Assembly: GCA_964372275.1 (NCBI GenBank)
Contig: CAYJRR010000035.1
Coordinates: forward strand, 1 to 36,439
Origin: an uncultured bacterium
GTDB taxonomy: Bacteria; CAYJRR01
Length of the DNA: 36,439 nt
Reading direction: 5' to 3'
Both the position numbers and the translations under genes were made by a program. The notes beneath the pieces were generated by a model. It was not told where the DNA came from and ran no database searches. It worked only from the letters and a program-made list of their open reading frames with translations. Positions 8,473 to 17,917 of the stretch are shown here, piece after piece. Positions within the stretch are counted from its first letter, which is position 1. Every line of letters starts with the position of its first letter.

Positions 8473-8957
8473 ATGGGAACGAGACTGTACGTGGGGAACC
8501 TGCCGTTCAGCACGGACGAAGCGTCGTTGCGGCAGCTGTTCGAGCAGGACGGCCGGCAGGTCACGGAGGTGAAGATCGTGACCGACCGTGACACCGGGCG
8601 CTCGCGCGGATTCGGCTTCGTGGAGATGGGGAACGAGAGATNNNNNNNNNNGAGGCCGATGCGAAGGCGGCGATCGAGGCCTACAACGGGCAGGTGTTCG
8701 AGGGCCGGACCCTGACCGTGAACGAGGCGCGCGAGCGTCCGTCGGGCGGCCGCGGCGGATTCGGGGGCGGAGGCGGGGGCGGCGGATACCGTGGCGGCGG
8801 CGGCGGATACGGCGGCGGGGGCGGCTACGGTGGAGGCGGCGGCGGGGGCTATGGCGGCGGTGGCGGCGGCGGCTACGGTGGCCCCGGTGGCGGCGGCCGC
8901 GGTGGACGCGGCGGCCGGGACCGCGATCGCGACCGCCAGCGGCGCGACGACGACTAG
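8473..8957 (+). CDS. RRM RNA-binding protein with Gly-rich tail (split by assembly gap)
   Basis: RNP2 LYVGNL and RNP1 RGFGFVEM. After the Ns it continues [25 protein letters not shown], then GGY repeats. Confidence 0.9.
8642..8651. other. Scaffold gap (10 N)
   Basis: Run of n in the sequence. Confidence 0.99.
8745..8915 (+). repeat. Low-complexity GGC-rich coding repeats (Gly-rich tail)
   Basis: Repeated (GGN)n-TAY units encoding GGGGGY. Confidence 0.85.
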
Positions 8958-8965
8958 CCAACCGC

Positions 8966-10525
8966 TCAGGACGCGGCCAGGATCCCCTTCGCGGCGTGCG
9001 TCGACAGTCCGTAGATCGTCAGAGACGGATTGACCCCCAGCGACGTGGGGAAGACCGATCCGTCGACCACGTACAGGTTCTCGACCACGTGGTGGCGGAA
9101 GTCGCTCCGCACCACCGAGGCGGCCGGATCGGCCCCCATCTGGCATCCGCCCATGATGTGCGCGGTGAAGACGCCGACGCGGTTCGGTCCGACCTCGGCC
9201 CGGTCGATCTTCTCCACGTCGGCCTCCGACCGGATCGATAGCGGATCGGCGTGGAGCGTGCGCACCTCCTCTGCCCCGGCCGCGAGCTGGATGCGGGCCA
9301 TCGCCTTCATCGCCTCCTTCGCCGCGCTCCAGAAGCGCGGCGTGAAGTGGTAATCGACCTTCGGCGCCCCCGACGGACGAAGGGTGACGGTTGCCCCCTG
9401 CTCGTCGTCGTGGAAGCCGTCGATGCACAGGCCGATCAGGGCGTTGAGGTAGGGGAACTTCTCCATGTGGCCGCGGTGCGTCGGCCCGAAGCCGACGGCG
9501 TTGAGCGCCGCGAGCACCGGGTGCACCGGCGCCGTCTCGATGAAGAACCCCATCCCTTCGCGGTGGGCGAACTGGTGGCAGCTCACCGACTGGGGCGCCC
9601 CGTAGAACCCCTCCACCTTCTGCGGCATCAGTCCCACCGACGCCACGACGGTGTGGAACCAGGTCCGCTTGCCGACCGGGCCTTCGTGGATCCCCGATCG
9701 GAGCAGGAGGCGCGGCGTGTTGATCGCGCCGCCGGCCGCGACGAACCGGCGCGCCTTCACCGTGATCGTGCGCCCGGTCGGACGCTCGGTCTCCGGGTCG
9801 AGCACCGTGGCGTGCGCCGCGACGATCCGGTTCCCCTCCCGCTCCAGACGCTCGACCCGCGCGTTGGCGTGGATCCGCGCCCCGGCGTCGAGCGCGTCGC
9901 GGAGGTAGGTGATGTGCATCGCCTGTTTGGCGTCGAAGGGGCAGCCCATCCCGCAGAAGCCGGAGTGCCGGCAGTTGCGGACGTTGCGGCGCAGCAGGCG
10001 CGGGTTCCATCCCAGCTTGGTGGCGCCATCCCACAGCACGCGATTGTTGCGGTTGATGTTCTCCAGCGGGATCTCCTCGATCCCGAGCCGCGCCTCGACC
10101 TTGTCCCAGCTCGGACCCAACGTGGCGTGGTCGAGGCCCTCCACCCCCCAGCGCTTCTTCCAGTGGTCGAGCGTCGTCTCCGGCGTGCGGAAACAGGTCG
10201 TCCAGTTGACGACGGTCGACCCGCCGACGGCGCGCCCCTGCAGGATGACGATCGACTGATCGGAGGTCGCCCGACCGCCGCGGTCCTGGTAGAGGAGGGG
10301 GTACATCTTTCCCTCCTGCATGTTGAAGTCGGCCCGGGTGAAGTAGCCCCCTTCTTCGAGCACCACCACCCGCTTCCCGGCCTGGGACAGCTCCGCCGAC
10401 ATCACCGCTCCGCCGGCGCCGGAACCGACGATGCAGACGTCGGTCTCGAGCGTGACGTCGGCGTCGACCTCGTTCCCGCGGATCACCTCGTTCGCCGGCG
10501 GAGCGTCCGGGGCGCGAGGGATCAT
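8966..10525 (-). CDS. GMC family oxidoreductase
   Basis: VGSGAGG FAD motif, GRAVGGSTVVN, CRHSGFCGMGC, AHIMGGCQMG and NLYVVDGSVFPTSLGVNPSLTI. Confidence 0.92.
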   Translation of the reverse strand: MIPRAPDAPPANEVIRGNEVDADVTLETDVCIVGSGAGGAVMSAELSQAGKRVVVLEEGGYFTRADFNMQEGKMYPLLYQDRGGRATSDQSIVILQGRAVGGSTVVNWTTCFRTPETTLDHWKKRWGVEGLDHATLGPSWDKVEARLGIEEIPLENINRNNRVLWDGATKLGWNPRLLRRNVRNCRHSGFCGMGCPFDAKQAMHITYLRDALDAGARIHANARVERLEREGNRIVAAHATVLDPETERPTGRTITVKARRFVAAGGAINTPRLLLRSGIHEGPVGKRTWFHTVVASVGLMPQKVEGFYGAPQSVSCHQFAHREGMGFFIETAPVHPVLAALNAVGFGPTHRGHMEKFPYLNALIGLCIDGFHDDEQGATVTLRPSGAPKVDYHFTPRFWSAAKEAMKAMARIQLAAGAEEVRTLHADPLSIRSEADVEKIDRAEVGPNRVGVFTAHIMGGCQMGADPAASVVRSDFRHHVVENLYVVDGSVFPTSLGVNPSLTIYGLSTHAAKGILAAS

Positions 10526-11040
10526 GGCGAGACCTCGATCGGACCGGGGTAGCCGATGCCGCGGTAGGTGCGCGGATCGCCGTAGTAGCAGGCCATCGTC
10601 AGACGCTTGAGCGCGACGAATCCCGTGCGGAGCACGGGCAGCCGGTGCCGCTCCCAGCGCGCGAGGAACGCCTGGCGCCCGGCGAGATCGAGCTGGGTGA
10701 ACGGCGCCGTCGTCCCGACGAGCAGGAAACCGGCCAGCGCGTTGTCGAACAGCGCCAGCAACCGGTGGATGTCCTTCTGCGCGTCCTGCGGGTTGCGCGC
10801 CATCAGGCGGTCGGCGTTCAACGCCACCGGCACGTCGGTCACGGTGGGCTGCCCCGGGGGGACGGTGATCATCGCCTCCGCCACCGCGTGCACGATCGAG
10901 AACTCGCGCGGCGTGAAGTAGGAAAGCGGCTCCGACGGGAGCGGCACCATCCGCGTCCGCCGCGCGAAGAGCGCCCCCGCGCCACCCAGGGCCACCAGCG
11001 CCACGCCGCCGGCCGTCTTGAGAGCCGTCCTCCGCCGCAT
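10522..11040 (-). CDS. Tat-exported partner of the GMC oxidoreductase (gluconate 2-dehydrogenase subunit 3-like)
   Basis: MRRRTALK twin-arginine signal, C-terminal YYGDP...IGYPGP, and ATGA overlap with the GMC gene. Confidence 0.75.
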   Translation of the reverse strand: MRRRTALKTAGGVALVALGGAGALFARRTRMVPLPSEPLSYFTPREFSIVHAVAEAMITVPPGQPTVTDVPVALNADRLMARNPQDAQKDIHRLLALFDNALAGFLLVGTTAPFTQLDLAGRQAFLARWERHRLPVLRTGFVALKRLTMACYYGDPRTYRGIGYPGPIEVSP

Positions 11041-11055
11041 CGCGTCGGAACGCTA

Positions 11056-13881
11056 TCAGAGCTCCGCCGGCGTGGGAACCGCCGGCGGTTCCGCACGCAG
11101 CGTCGGCGTAGGGCCCGGCTCCGGCGGCGGAAGGGTGACGCGGACGGTCGTGCCGCCGTTCCGCACCAGCTCGATCGCGGCGTGGAGCTGATCGACCAGC
11201 CCCCGTACGATCTGGAGTCCCAGCGTCGTCGCCGACTCCAGACGGACGTCTTCGGGGAGCCCCACGCCGTCGTCCGATACGGTGATCTGGCTGCGGCCGG
11301 CGCGGTCGGTGTGGACCTCGACGTCGATCCGTCCCCGCCGCCCGCCGGGAAACGCGTGTTTCAGGGCGTTGCTCACCAACTCGGTCACGATCAGTCCGCA
11401 GGGGATGGCGAGGTCGATCTCCACCGCGATCCGTTCCGAGCGCACGCGGCAGGCGATCCGGCCGGCCTCGACCGAATGGCCCGCCACCAGTCTGCGCAGG
11501 AGCAGCTCCAGGTATTCGCCGAGGTCGACGTGAGCCAGATCGCGCGACTGGTAGAGGAGCTCGTGAACAAGTGACATCGACTGGATCCGGCCGCGGCTCT
11601 CCGTCAGGCCACGGCGAGCCGCCCCCACCGGAAGCGCATCCGCCTGGAGATTGAGCAGGCTAGCGACGACCTGCAGGTTGTTCTTTACCCGGTGATGGAT
11701 CTCCCGCAAGAGCACCTCCTTCTCCTCCAGCGAGGCCCGGAGGCGAGCGTCCGCCGCCTTGCGATCCGAGATGTCCCGGATCGCGGCGGCGACCAGAAGC
11801 CCCTCCTCGGTCGGGATCGGGCTCAACGAGATCTCCACCGGAAATTCGGTCCCGTCCGCCCGGAGCCCGAACAGGTCGAGCCCCACGCCCATCGGACGCG
11901 AGACGGGATCGACGGCATATCGGGCGCGGTTTGAAACGTGCCTCGCCCGAAAGCGCTCGGGCAACAGGACCTCGATCGTCCGGCCGACGAGATCGGAGCG
12001 GGTATGGCCGAACAGACGCTCGACCTGGGCGTTGGCTCGCACGATCGTCCCCGCCTCGTCGACGACGATCGTGGCGTCCGGCGCGCCTTCCAGAAGAGCG
12101 TGGAACCGTGCCTCCGCCCGCTTGCGGTCGGAGACATCCTGGACAATGCCGATGAGGCGCACGGCACGGCCGGCGTCGCCGACCACCACCTTCACGCGAG
12201 TTTCGACGAATCGCACCGTACCGTCCGGGCGAACGATGCGCATCTCCAAGCTCCACGGCTGGTGGTCTTCGACCGACGCTTCGTACGCCGAACGGACCCG
12301 ATCGCGATCCTGAGGGTGGATGCGCTCGAGTAGGTTCGCGAAAGACGGCGCCGCCGTCCCCGGAGCCAATCCGTAGATGCGAAACATCTCGTCGGACCAG
12401 ATCGCTCTCCCACCGTCTATCCTTTCTCCGACAATCTCCCTTTCGAAGCTTCCCACGTGAGCAATCTCCTGGGCCGCCCGGAGCTGCTCTTCCCGCCGCT
12501 GCAACTCGGCGTTGGCCTGCGTCAGTTCGGCGGTCCGCCTCTGCACCGTCTCCTCCGCCGTTTGTTGCGCGCGACGGAGCGCCTCCTCGGCCTGCTTGAA
12601 GAGGGTGAGGTCGCGGACGACTCCGGTGAAGAGGTCCGGGCCGTCGATCGGCACCCGGACGATCGAGATCTCCGCCGGGAACTCCGAGCCGTCGGCGCGA
12701 CGCGCGTGAAAATAGACGCGACGTCCGATCACCGGCCCCTCGCCCGTGCGGCGGTAGCGGGCAAGCCCCTCGCGGTGCGCTTGCCGGAGCGACGGCGGGA
12801 TGATCGTCTCGGCCAGCTCCTTGCCGATCACCTCGTCTCGGCGGAATCGGAACAGCGCCTCCGCGGCCGGATTGACCTCGCGGATCGTCCCCTCCTGGTC
12901 CATGGTGAGGATCGCGTCCAGGGCCACGTCCAGGAGCGCGCTCTTGCGCCGTTCGGTCTCGTTGGCCTGCCGTTGCCGCCCCTCCCGCTCCGAAACGGTG
13001 GCACCGAGGATCAACGCCGTGATGCCGGACACCTGCAGGAACGCTTCCAACGTCATGAAACTCTCGTGTGGCGCCGGCAGGATGAACGGCCCTTTCCCCA
13101 GCGCGGTGGCCGAGACGGCGACGGTCGCGACCAGGAAGGTGGCGGTCGCGGCGCCGCGCGGACCGAATCGTGTCGCGGCCCAGATCGACAGCGGATAGAC
13201 CAGGTAGGGGAGACGGAGTCCGGCGAGCCACTCGGGTCCCACGTCGTAGAAGACGAGCGCGCAGACCAGCAGCAGCGAAATGCTCAAGGCCCACCGCTCG
13301 ATCGCCGGCGGCCGCTCCTCGGCGGGCGGGAAGGTAGACGGCCGCGCCCAGGTCAGAATCAAGGGGGCGACGAGCAGCACCCCCGCCATGTCCCCCCACC
13401 ACCAGGTCGACCACGCCGCGGCGATTCGCGAAGCCGGGATCACGCCGCCGATCCACAGACTCGACACCCCGCCGGTGGCGCTGAACAGAGTGCACGCGAT
13501 TCCGGCGATGGCGATCAGCGCGACGACGTCCCGCAGCCGGTCGAGGGGCGGGTGAAAGTCGACCACGCGTCGCAGGAGGGTGGCCCCCAGCAGCGGCTCC
13601 AGCGTGTTCCCGACCGCGATCCCGGCGGCGACCGGAAGCGGAGCTCCGACCCATGCGTTGACGATGAAGGCGCCGAGCGCGACCCCCGGCCACAGTCCGC
13701 GACCCAGGAGGAGAAGCGCGGCAAGGGCGATGCCGGAAGGGGGCCACACCGGCGTCGCGAAGCCGGCGACCGCGTCGATCGCAAGGCCCAGCCGCGCGGT
13801 GGCCACGTAGGCCGCGGCCAGGCCGATCGCCCGAGCGGACCCCGTTGCCGAGACGATCCCTCTCCCGCGCGGCGGTATCAC
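11056..13881 (-). CDS. Sensor histidine kinase: MASE1 - 3xPAS - HisKA_2 - HATPase
   Basis: MASE1 motifs (VWPPSG, GNTLE, WWWGD), PAS/PAC repeats (DGSEFPAEIS, DGTEFPVEISLSP), REIHHRVKNNLQ, ELVSNALKHAF, DDGVG and LGLQIV. Confidence 0.92.
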   Translation of the reverse strand: MIPPRGRGIVSATGSARAIGLAAAYVATARLGLAIDAVAGFATPVWPPSGIALAALLLLGRGLWPGVALGAFIVNAWVGAPLPVAAGIAVGNTLEPLLGATLLRRVVDFHPPLDRLRDVVALIAIAGIACTLFSATGGVSSLWIGGVIPASRIAAAWSTWWWGDMAGVLLVAPLILTWARPSTFPPAEERPPAIERWALSISLLLVCALVFYDVGPEWLAGLRLPYLVYPLSIWAATRFGPRGAATATFLVATVAVSATALGKGPFILPAPHESFMTLEAFLQVSGITALILGATVSEREGRQRQANETERRKSALLDVALDAILTMDQEGTIREVNPAAEALFRFRRDEVIGKELAETIIPPSLRQAHREGLARYRRTGEGPVIGRRVYFHARRADGSEFPAEISIVRVPIDGPDLFTGVVRDLTLFKQAEEALRRAQQTAEETVQRRTAELTQANAELQRREEQLRAAQEIAHVGSFEREIVGERIDGGRAIWSDEMFRIYGLAPGTAAPSFANLLERIHPQDRDRVRSAYEASVEDHQPWSLEMRIVRPDGTVRFVETRVKVVVGDAGRAVRLIGIVQDVSDRKRAEARFHALLEGAPDATIVVDEAGTIVRANAQVERLFGHTRSDLVGRTIEVLLPERFRARHVSNRARYAVDPVSRPMGVGLDLFGLRADGTEFPVEISLSPIPTEEGLLVAAAIRDISDRKAADARLRASLEEKEVLLREIHHRVKNNLQVVASLLNLQADALPVGAARRGLTESRGRIQSMSLVHELLYQSRDLAHVDLGEYLELLLRRLVAGHSVEAGRIACRVRSERIAVEIDLAIPCGLIVTELVSNALKHAFPGGRRGRIDVEVHTDRAGRSQITVSDDGVGLPEDVRLESATTLGLQIVRGLVDQLHAAIELVRNGGTTVRVTLPPPEPGPTPTLRAEPPAVPTPAEL

Positions 13882-15479
13882 GGCCCGACCGGCGCGACCG
13901 GCTGCTCGCCGGCCTCCGGCGCCAGCGGGAGGGTGAAGAAGAAGAGACTCCCGACGCCGACCTCGCTCTCGACCCAGATCCGCCCGCCGTGCGCCTCCAC
14001 GATCCCCTTGGCGATGAAGAGGCCGAGGCCGGTCCCGCCACGCCGGGTCCGTTCCTTCCAGAAGCGGTCGAAGATGTGCGGAAGATCGGTCGAGGGGATG
14101 CCGGATCCGGTGTCCTGGACCTCGAAGCGGACCTCGTTCCGTGCGCGCTCGGCGCGCACCACGATCGTGCCGAGGCGAGGCGTGAACTTGATCGCGTTCT
14201 CCAGGAGGTTGGAGAGGACCTGCAGCACTCGGTCGCGATCGCAGATCACGCGCAACGCTTCCACCGGAAAGCTCTCGATCACGGTGAGGCCGTGCTCCTC
14301 GGCCGCGCCTCGAAATTGCGCGACCGCCTCACGGCCGAGCTCGGCGACGGCGTGGATCTCCTTCCGGATGGGGAGGCCCCCGGCGTCGACCGACGCGGCG
14401 TCGAGCAGATCGGCGATCAGCCGGTTCATCCGTTGCGCCGAGCGGTCGATCGACCGGGCCGCATCCGGCGTGGCGGTTCGCCCCGCGGCCAGTCGTTGGG
14501 CCTGCAAGAGGATCGTCCCGAGGGCGTTGCGGAGATCGTGGGAGACGATCGCCAGCACCTCCTCCCGCGACCGGATGGCGCGCTGCGACTCGCGGTAGAG
14601 AAGCGCGTTGTCGAATGCCAGCGCCAAGCGGGAGGCGAGCTCGATTGCGGCGGTCAGGTCGACCGGACCGTACCGCCGGTTGAACCCGGTGGAGATCCAC
14701 GTGATCGATCCGAACGTCCGATCCCGCGCCCGGAGGGGGACGCTGAGGAGCGATCGCGCGCCGCGCGCCGCGAGGGCCCGCGCCGCCGTCTCGCCGACGG
14801 CGCGTCGCAGCGCCGCCGGATCGGAGAGATCGTGCCAGCACAGCGGCTCCGCCCCCTTCGACACGGCGTCGACGGCGCTTCCCGGCTCGAAACGAAGGGT
14901 TTCCGCATCGCCGGCGGGGGGATGAGTGATGGCAAACGCCGGAACGAAATCGTCGACCGGCTGCAGCCGGATCAAGCACGCATCGGCACGTTCGGGGACC
15001 ACGATCTCGGCCGCGTGCCGTGCCACCGTCGCGAAGTCGAGCGTCGTCGCCAGCCGCGCGCTCGCCTCCGCCAGGAATCTCGAGAGCCGTGCCTGGCTCT
15101 CGCGCGTGACCTCGGCCTGGTGCCGCTGCAACGCCATCTGGATCGTCGCCGTCAGCTCCCGGTCGTCGAACGGCTTGAGGATGTAGCCGTAGGGCTCCAC
15201 CGACCGCGCCCGATCGAGTGTGCCGGCGTCGGCGTAGGCGGTGAGGAAGATCACCGGTACGTCGGACCGCGTCCGGATCTCCGCCGCGGCTTCGATGCCG
15301 TCGATCTCGCCGGACAGCTTGATGTCCATCAGCACGAGAAAGGGACGTTCCTCGTCGACGCGGCGAATCGCCTCCTCGCCGGAAGACGCGACCGTCGTCG
15401 AGTAGCCGGCAAGTCGAAGCGCGCGCTGGATGTCCAACGCAACGAGCCGTTCGTCTTCGACCACCAGGATCATCGGCAT
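13878..15479 (-). CDS. Hybrid kinase: receiver - GAF - HisKA - HATPase
   Basis: ILVVEDE, LVLMDIKL, FLTAY, YILKPF; GAF-like segment; SHDLRNALG, NLLENAIKFT, DTGSGI, GTGLGL. It is the 3' part of the long 13878..18779 ORF. Confidence 0.9.
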   Translation of the reverse strand: MPMILVVEDERLVALDIQRALRLAGYSTTVASSGEEAIRRVDEERPFLVLMDIKLSGEIDGIEAAAEIRTRSDVPVIFLTAYADAGTLDRARSVEPYGYILKPFDDRELTATIQMALQRHQAEVTRESQARLSRFLAEASARLATTLDFATVARHAAEIVVPERADACLIRLQPVDDFVPAFAITHPPAGDAETLRFEPGSAVDAVSKGAEPLCWHDLSDPAALRRAVGETAARALAARGARSLLSVPLRARDRTFGSITWISTGFNRRYGPVDLTAAIELASRLALAFDNALLYRESQRAIRSREEVLAIVSHDLRNALGTILLQAQRLAAGRTATPDAARSIDRSAQRMNRLIADLLDAASVDAGGLPIRKEIHAVAELGREAVAQFRGAAEEHGLTVIESFPVEALRVICDRDRVLQVLSNLLENAIKFTPRLGTIVVRAERARNEVRFEVQDTGSGIPSTDLPHIFDRFWKERTRRGGTGLGLFIAKGIVEAHGGRIWVESEVGVGSLFFFTLPLAPEAGEQPVAPVGP

Positions 15480-15625
15480 GTGCATACCCGGGGGCCCACG
15501 AGTCCCCCGACATGTTCGCGTCTCGCCCTCGCCGATAGCGCCGAAGAATTTCGTCGAAAGCCGCCCGGCAGTCCTTGCGGCACCGACCCGTGTGGGCGGC
15601 GCGCGTACGTTGCGGGCGTCCGGCG

Positions 15626-16288
15626 CTAGGCGGCGCCGGACTGGGCGTTGCGTTCGGCGAGCTTGCCCGCCATGTCGGTGCCGAGAACGGCGTGCAGCGC
15701 GGCGCGCAGACTGGAGTCCTTTTCGAGCATCCGGTAGAGCGACTCCTTGGGCCACACCACGCAGCGGCTTTGGCCGGTCAGGACGACGTCGGCCGAGGCG
15801 GGGCGCCCGCCGAGGAAGCTCATCTCCCCGACGAACTGTCCGGAGACCAGCTTCGCTACCGCCTTGTCTCTCGCGCGCACCTCGGCCGCGCCGTGGACGA
15901 TCAGGGTCAGGCTTTCCATCGGACGGCCCGCCTCGGCGAGCGGCGTCCCGGCCGGCTGGTCGACCCACCGGGCGTGGTGCAGGAGGCGCTTCAAGGCGAC
16001 GGCGTCGAGGGCGGGGAAGAGCGCGCGGTGCAGCGCCTCCTCCTCGGCAGTGAGCTGCGTCCGCAGGCGCTCGCGGATCAAGAGCACACAGTGCGCGCCG
16101 TTGATCGTCATGAAGGCGAGGTTCCATCCCAGCGTGACCCCCGACAGTCCGTCCGCGGTCGTCATGCTGAAGGCGATGATCGAGAGGCTGGCGGCGATCG
16201 AAAGCAGCCGGAGGTAGAGGATCTCCTTCACCAGATAGGAGACGCCGATCAGCCCGTAGCCCAGATGTCCCAGAAGTTCGGACGACAC
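15626..16288 (-). CDS. Membrane protein with cyclic-nucleotide-binding domain (Popeye-like)
   Basis: Three N-terminal hydrophobic segments (SYLVKEILYLRLLSI, WNLAFMTIN), then a CNBD with LIVHG.AEV and GQFVGEMSFL...ASADV. Likely GTG start at 16288. Confidence 0.75.
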   Translation of the reverse strand: MSSELLGHLGYGLIGVSYLVKEILYLRLLSIAASLSIIAFSMTTADGLSGVTLGWNLAFMTINGAHCVLLIRERLRTQLTAEEEALHRALFPALDAVALKRLLHHARWVDQPAGTPLAEAGRPMESLTLIVHGAAEVRARDKAVAKLVSGQFVGEMSFLGGRPASADVVLTGQSRCVVWPKESLYRMLEKDSSLRAALHAVLGTDMAGKLAERNAQSGAA

Positions 16289-16349
16289 GCGGAACTCCCC
16301 CCCGAGTTGGTTCTCGCTCGCGCGGCAGGTTGAAACGTAGCATCGCCGC

Positions 16350-17867
16350 ATGTCCGTCCGTTCCTCCTCCGCCGGGGGGCCCGCGCCCCCCGGGCGCGAT
16401 CCGACCGACGAGGCGCGTCGCCGGCTGGAGCGGCTGCCGGCCGACCGACTCGCCGAGGTCGCGGCGCGGTTCGCGCGGCGCGCCGCGGAGGACGGTCTCT
16501 ACGTGCTGCGCGCCGGCGGGGAGCCGGCGGAGGGGGCGGCGTCGACGCCGACTCGCCCCGCGCGCGTGCCGATCCCGCCGCTTCTGACCCCGGTTCTCCC
16601 CGACGGGGAGGCGCCGGGCGCGGCGCGCGATCTGCTCGAAGCGGTCCTGCTCGTGGCGCGCGCGATCCTCTCCGGCCGCCACGCCGAGCCGGCGGCGATG
16701 CTCGCCGGGTTCACGCCGCTGGAGCGCGACTGCATCCGGGACGGGTGGCGCGACGCCGAGCGGGTCGCGTCGGCGCGGGTCGACTTCCTGCGCGAAGCGG
16801 GGGGCGCGCTCGCCGCCCTCGAGCTGAACACCACCATCCCGGCGATGCAGGGCTACTCCGACATCGTCTCGCGCGCCTTCGTCACCGAGGTCGCGCCGGC
16901 GCTCGGGAGCCCGCCCGCGGCCGTGCGGGAGGCGCTCGACCGCCTGCCGTCGAACGTCGACGAGTTGCGCCGCTCGCTGCTCGCGCACGCCGCCGAGACC
17001 GGTAGCGGCCGTCCCGGACGTGTGGCGCTGCTCGCCCGAAGGTACGACGCGCAGACCGGGGAGCTGACATGGATCGCGGCGCGTTTCCGCGACGCGGGGC
17101 TCGACCCGGTGATCGTCTCCCCCGACGATTTTTTCGAGAAGGGTCCCTACGACCTCGTCTACCGGCACCTGTTCGCCCGACGCGTCGAGGCGGGGCATCC
17201 GATCGAGGCCGTCTTCCGCGCGCCGCGCCGCTTCGGGATGTGGAATCCGGTCAACGGACACCTCGAGGTGAAGGGGATGCTGGCGCTGGTCTCGACGGCC
17301 GCCGCCGATCCGTCCGCGGCGGCGGCGCTCGGACTTCCGGACGACCTCCTCGCCCGGTTGCGCGGCGTCGTTCCGTGGAGCCGGATCCTGCGGGCGGGGT
17401 CGACGACCGGCCCGGACGGGGAGGCGATCCCGGACCTGGTCGCCTGGTCGGCGGCGAACGCGGGGGCGCTGGTGTTGAAGCGGTCCTGGGAGTACGGCGG
17501 GCGCGGCGTCTTCCTCGCGGAGGACTTCCGGGAGCGGGCGATCGCGGAACGTCTGTCGGCGCTCGTCGGGCGCCCGATCGAGGACTGGGGCTCGCTGGTT
17601 CGTTTCGCCGCCGCCGACACCACCGACTGCTGGATCGTGCAGCGGCGCATCCGCCCGGCGCGCCGCCGCCACCTGCGCGCGGCCGCGAGTGGTCCGGTCT
17701 GGGAGGAGCTGATCACCGACGTTTCCGCCTTCGCCGGACACGGCGCCTCGTTCGCCCCCACCGGCCAGACGGCGCGCGCCTCGGCGAGCCCGGTGGTCAA
17801 CATCGTCTCCGGCGGCGGAATGGCGCCGATCGTCCCGTGCGGGATCCTGGAGCGCCTCCTCGCCTAG
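16350..17867 (+). CDS. Circularly permuted ATP-grasp / glutathionylspermidine-synthase-like ligase
   Basis: Motif order ARVDF...LELNT (N-terminal), LVLKRSWEYGGRGV, WIVQ, VVNIVSGGG fits a cpATP-grasp. Confidence 0.7.
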   Translation: MSVRSSSAGGPAPPGRDPTDEARRRLERLPADRLAEVAARFARRAAEDGLYVLRAGGEPAEGAASTPTRPARVPIPPLLTPVLPDGEAPGAARDLLEAVLLVARAILSGRHAEPAAMLAGFTPLERDCIRDGWRDAERVASARVDFLREAGGALAALELNTTIPAMQGYSDIVSRAFVTEVAPALGSPPAAVREALDRLPSNVDELRRSLLAHAAETGSGRPGRVALLARRYDAQTGELTWIAARFRDAGLDPVIVSPDDFFEKGPYDLVYRHLFARRVEAGHPIEAVFRAPRRFGMWNPVNGHLEVKGMLALVSTAAADPSAAAALGLPDDLLARLRGVVPWSRILRAGSTTGPDGEAIPDLVAWSAANAGALVLKRSWEYGGRGVFLAEDFRERAIAERLSALVGRPIEDWGSLVRFAAADTTDCWIVQRRIRPARRRHLRAAASGPVWEELITDVSAFAGHGASFAPTGQTARASASPVVNIVSGGGMAPIVPCGILERLLA

Positions 17868-17917
17868 AGCCGGCTTCAAGCCAGGGGGCCGAGCCCGGGC
17901 CGCCGGTCGCCCGCCCG

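Noticed and set aside
15488-15510. Hairpin CGGGGG...CCCCCG as terminator or ncRNA
   Set aside because: Short GC stem without a U-tract; expected by chance at this GC content.
3455-17867. Tgl-like enzyme and cpATP-grasp as one peptide-tagging system
   Set aside because: About 12 kb apart, predicted in different compartments, and no alpha-E gene present.
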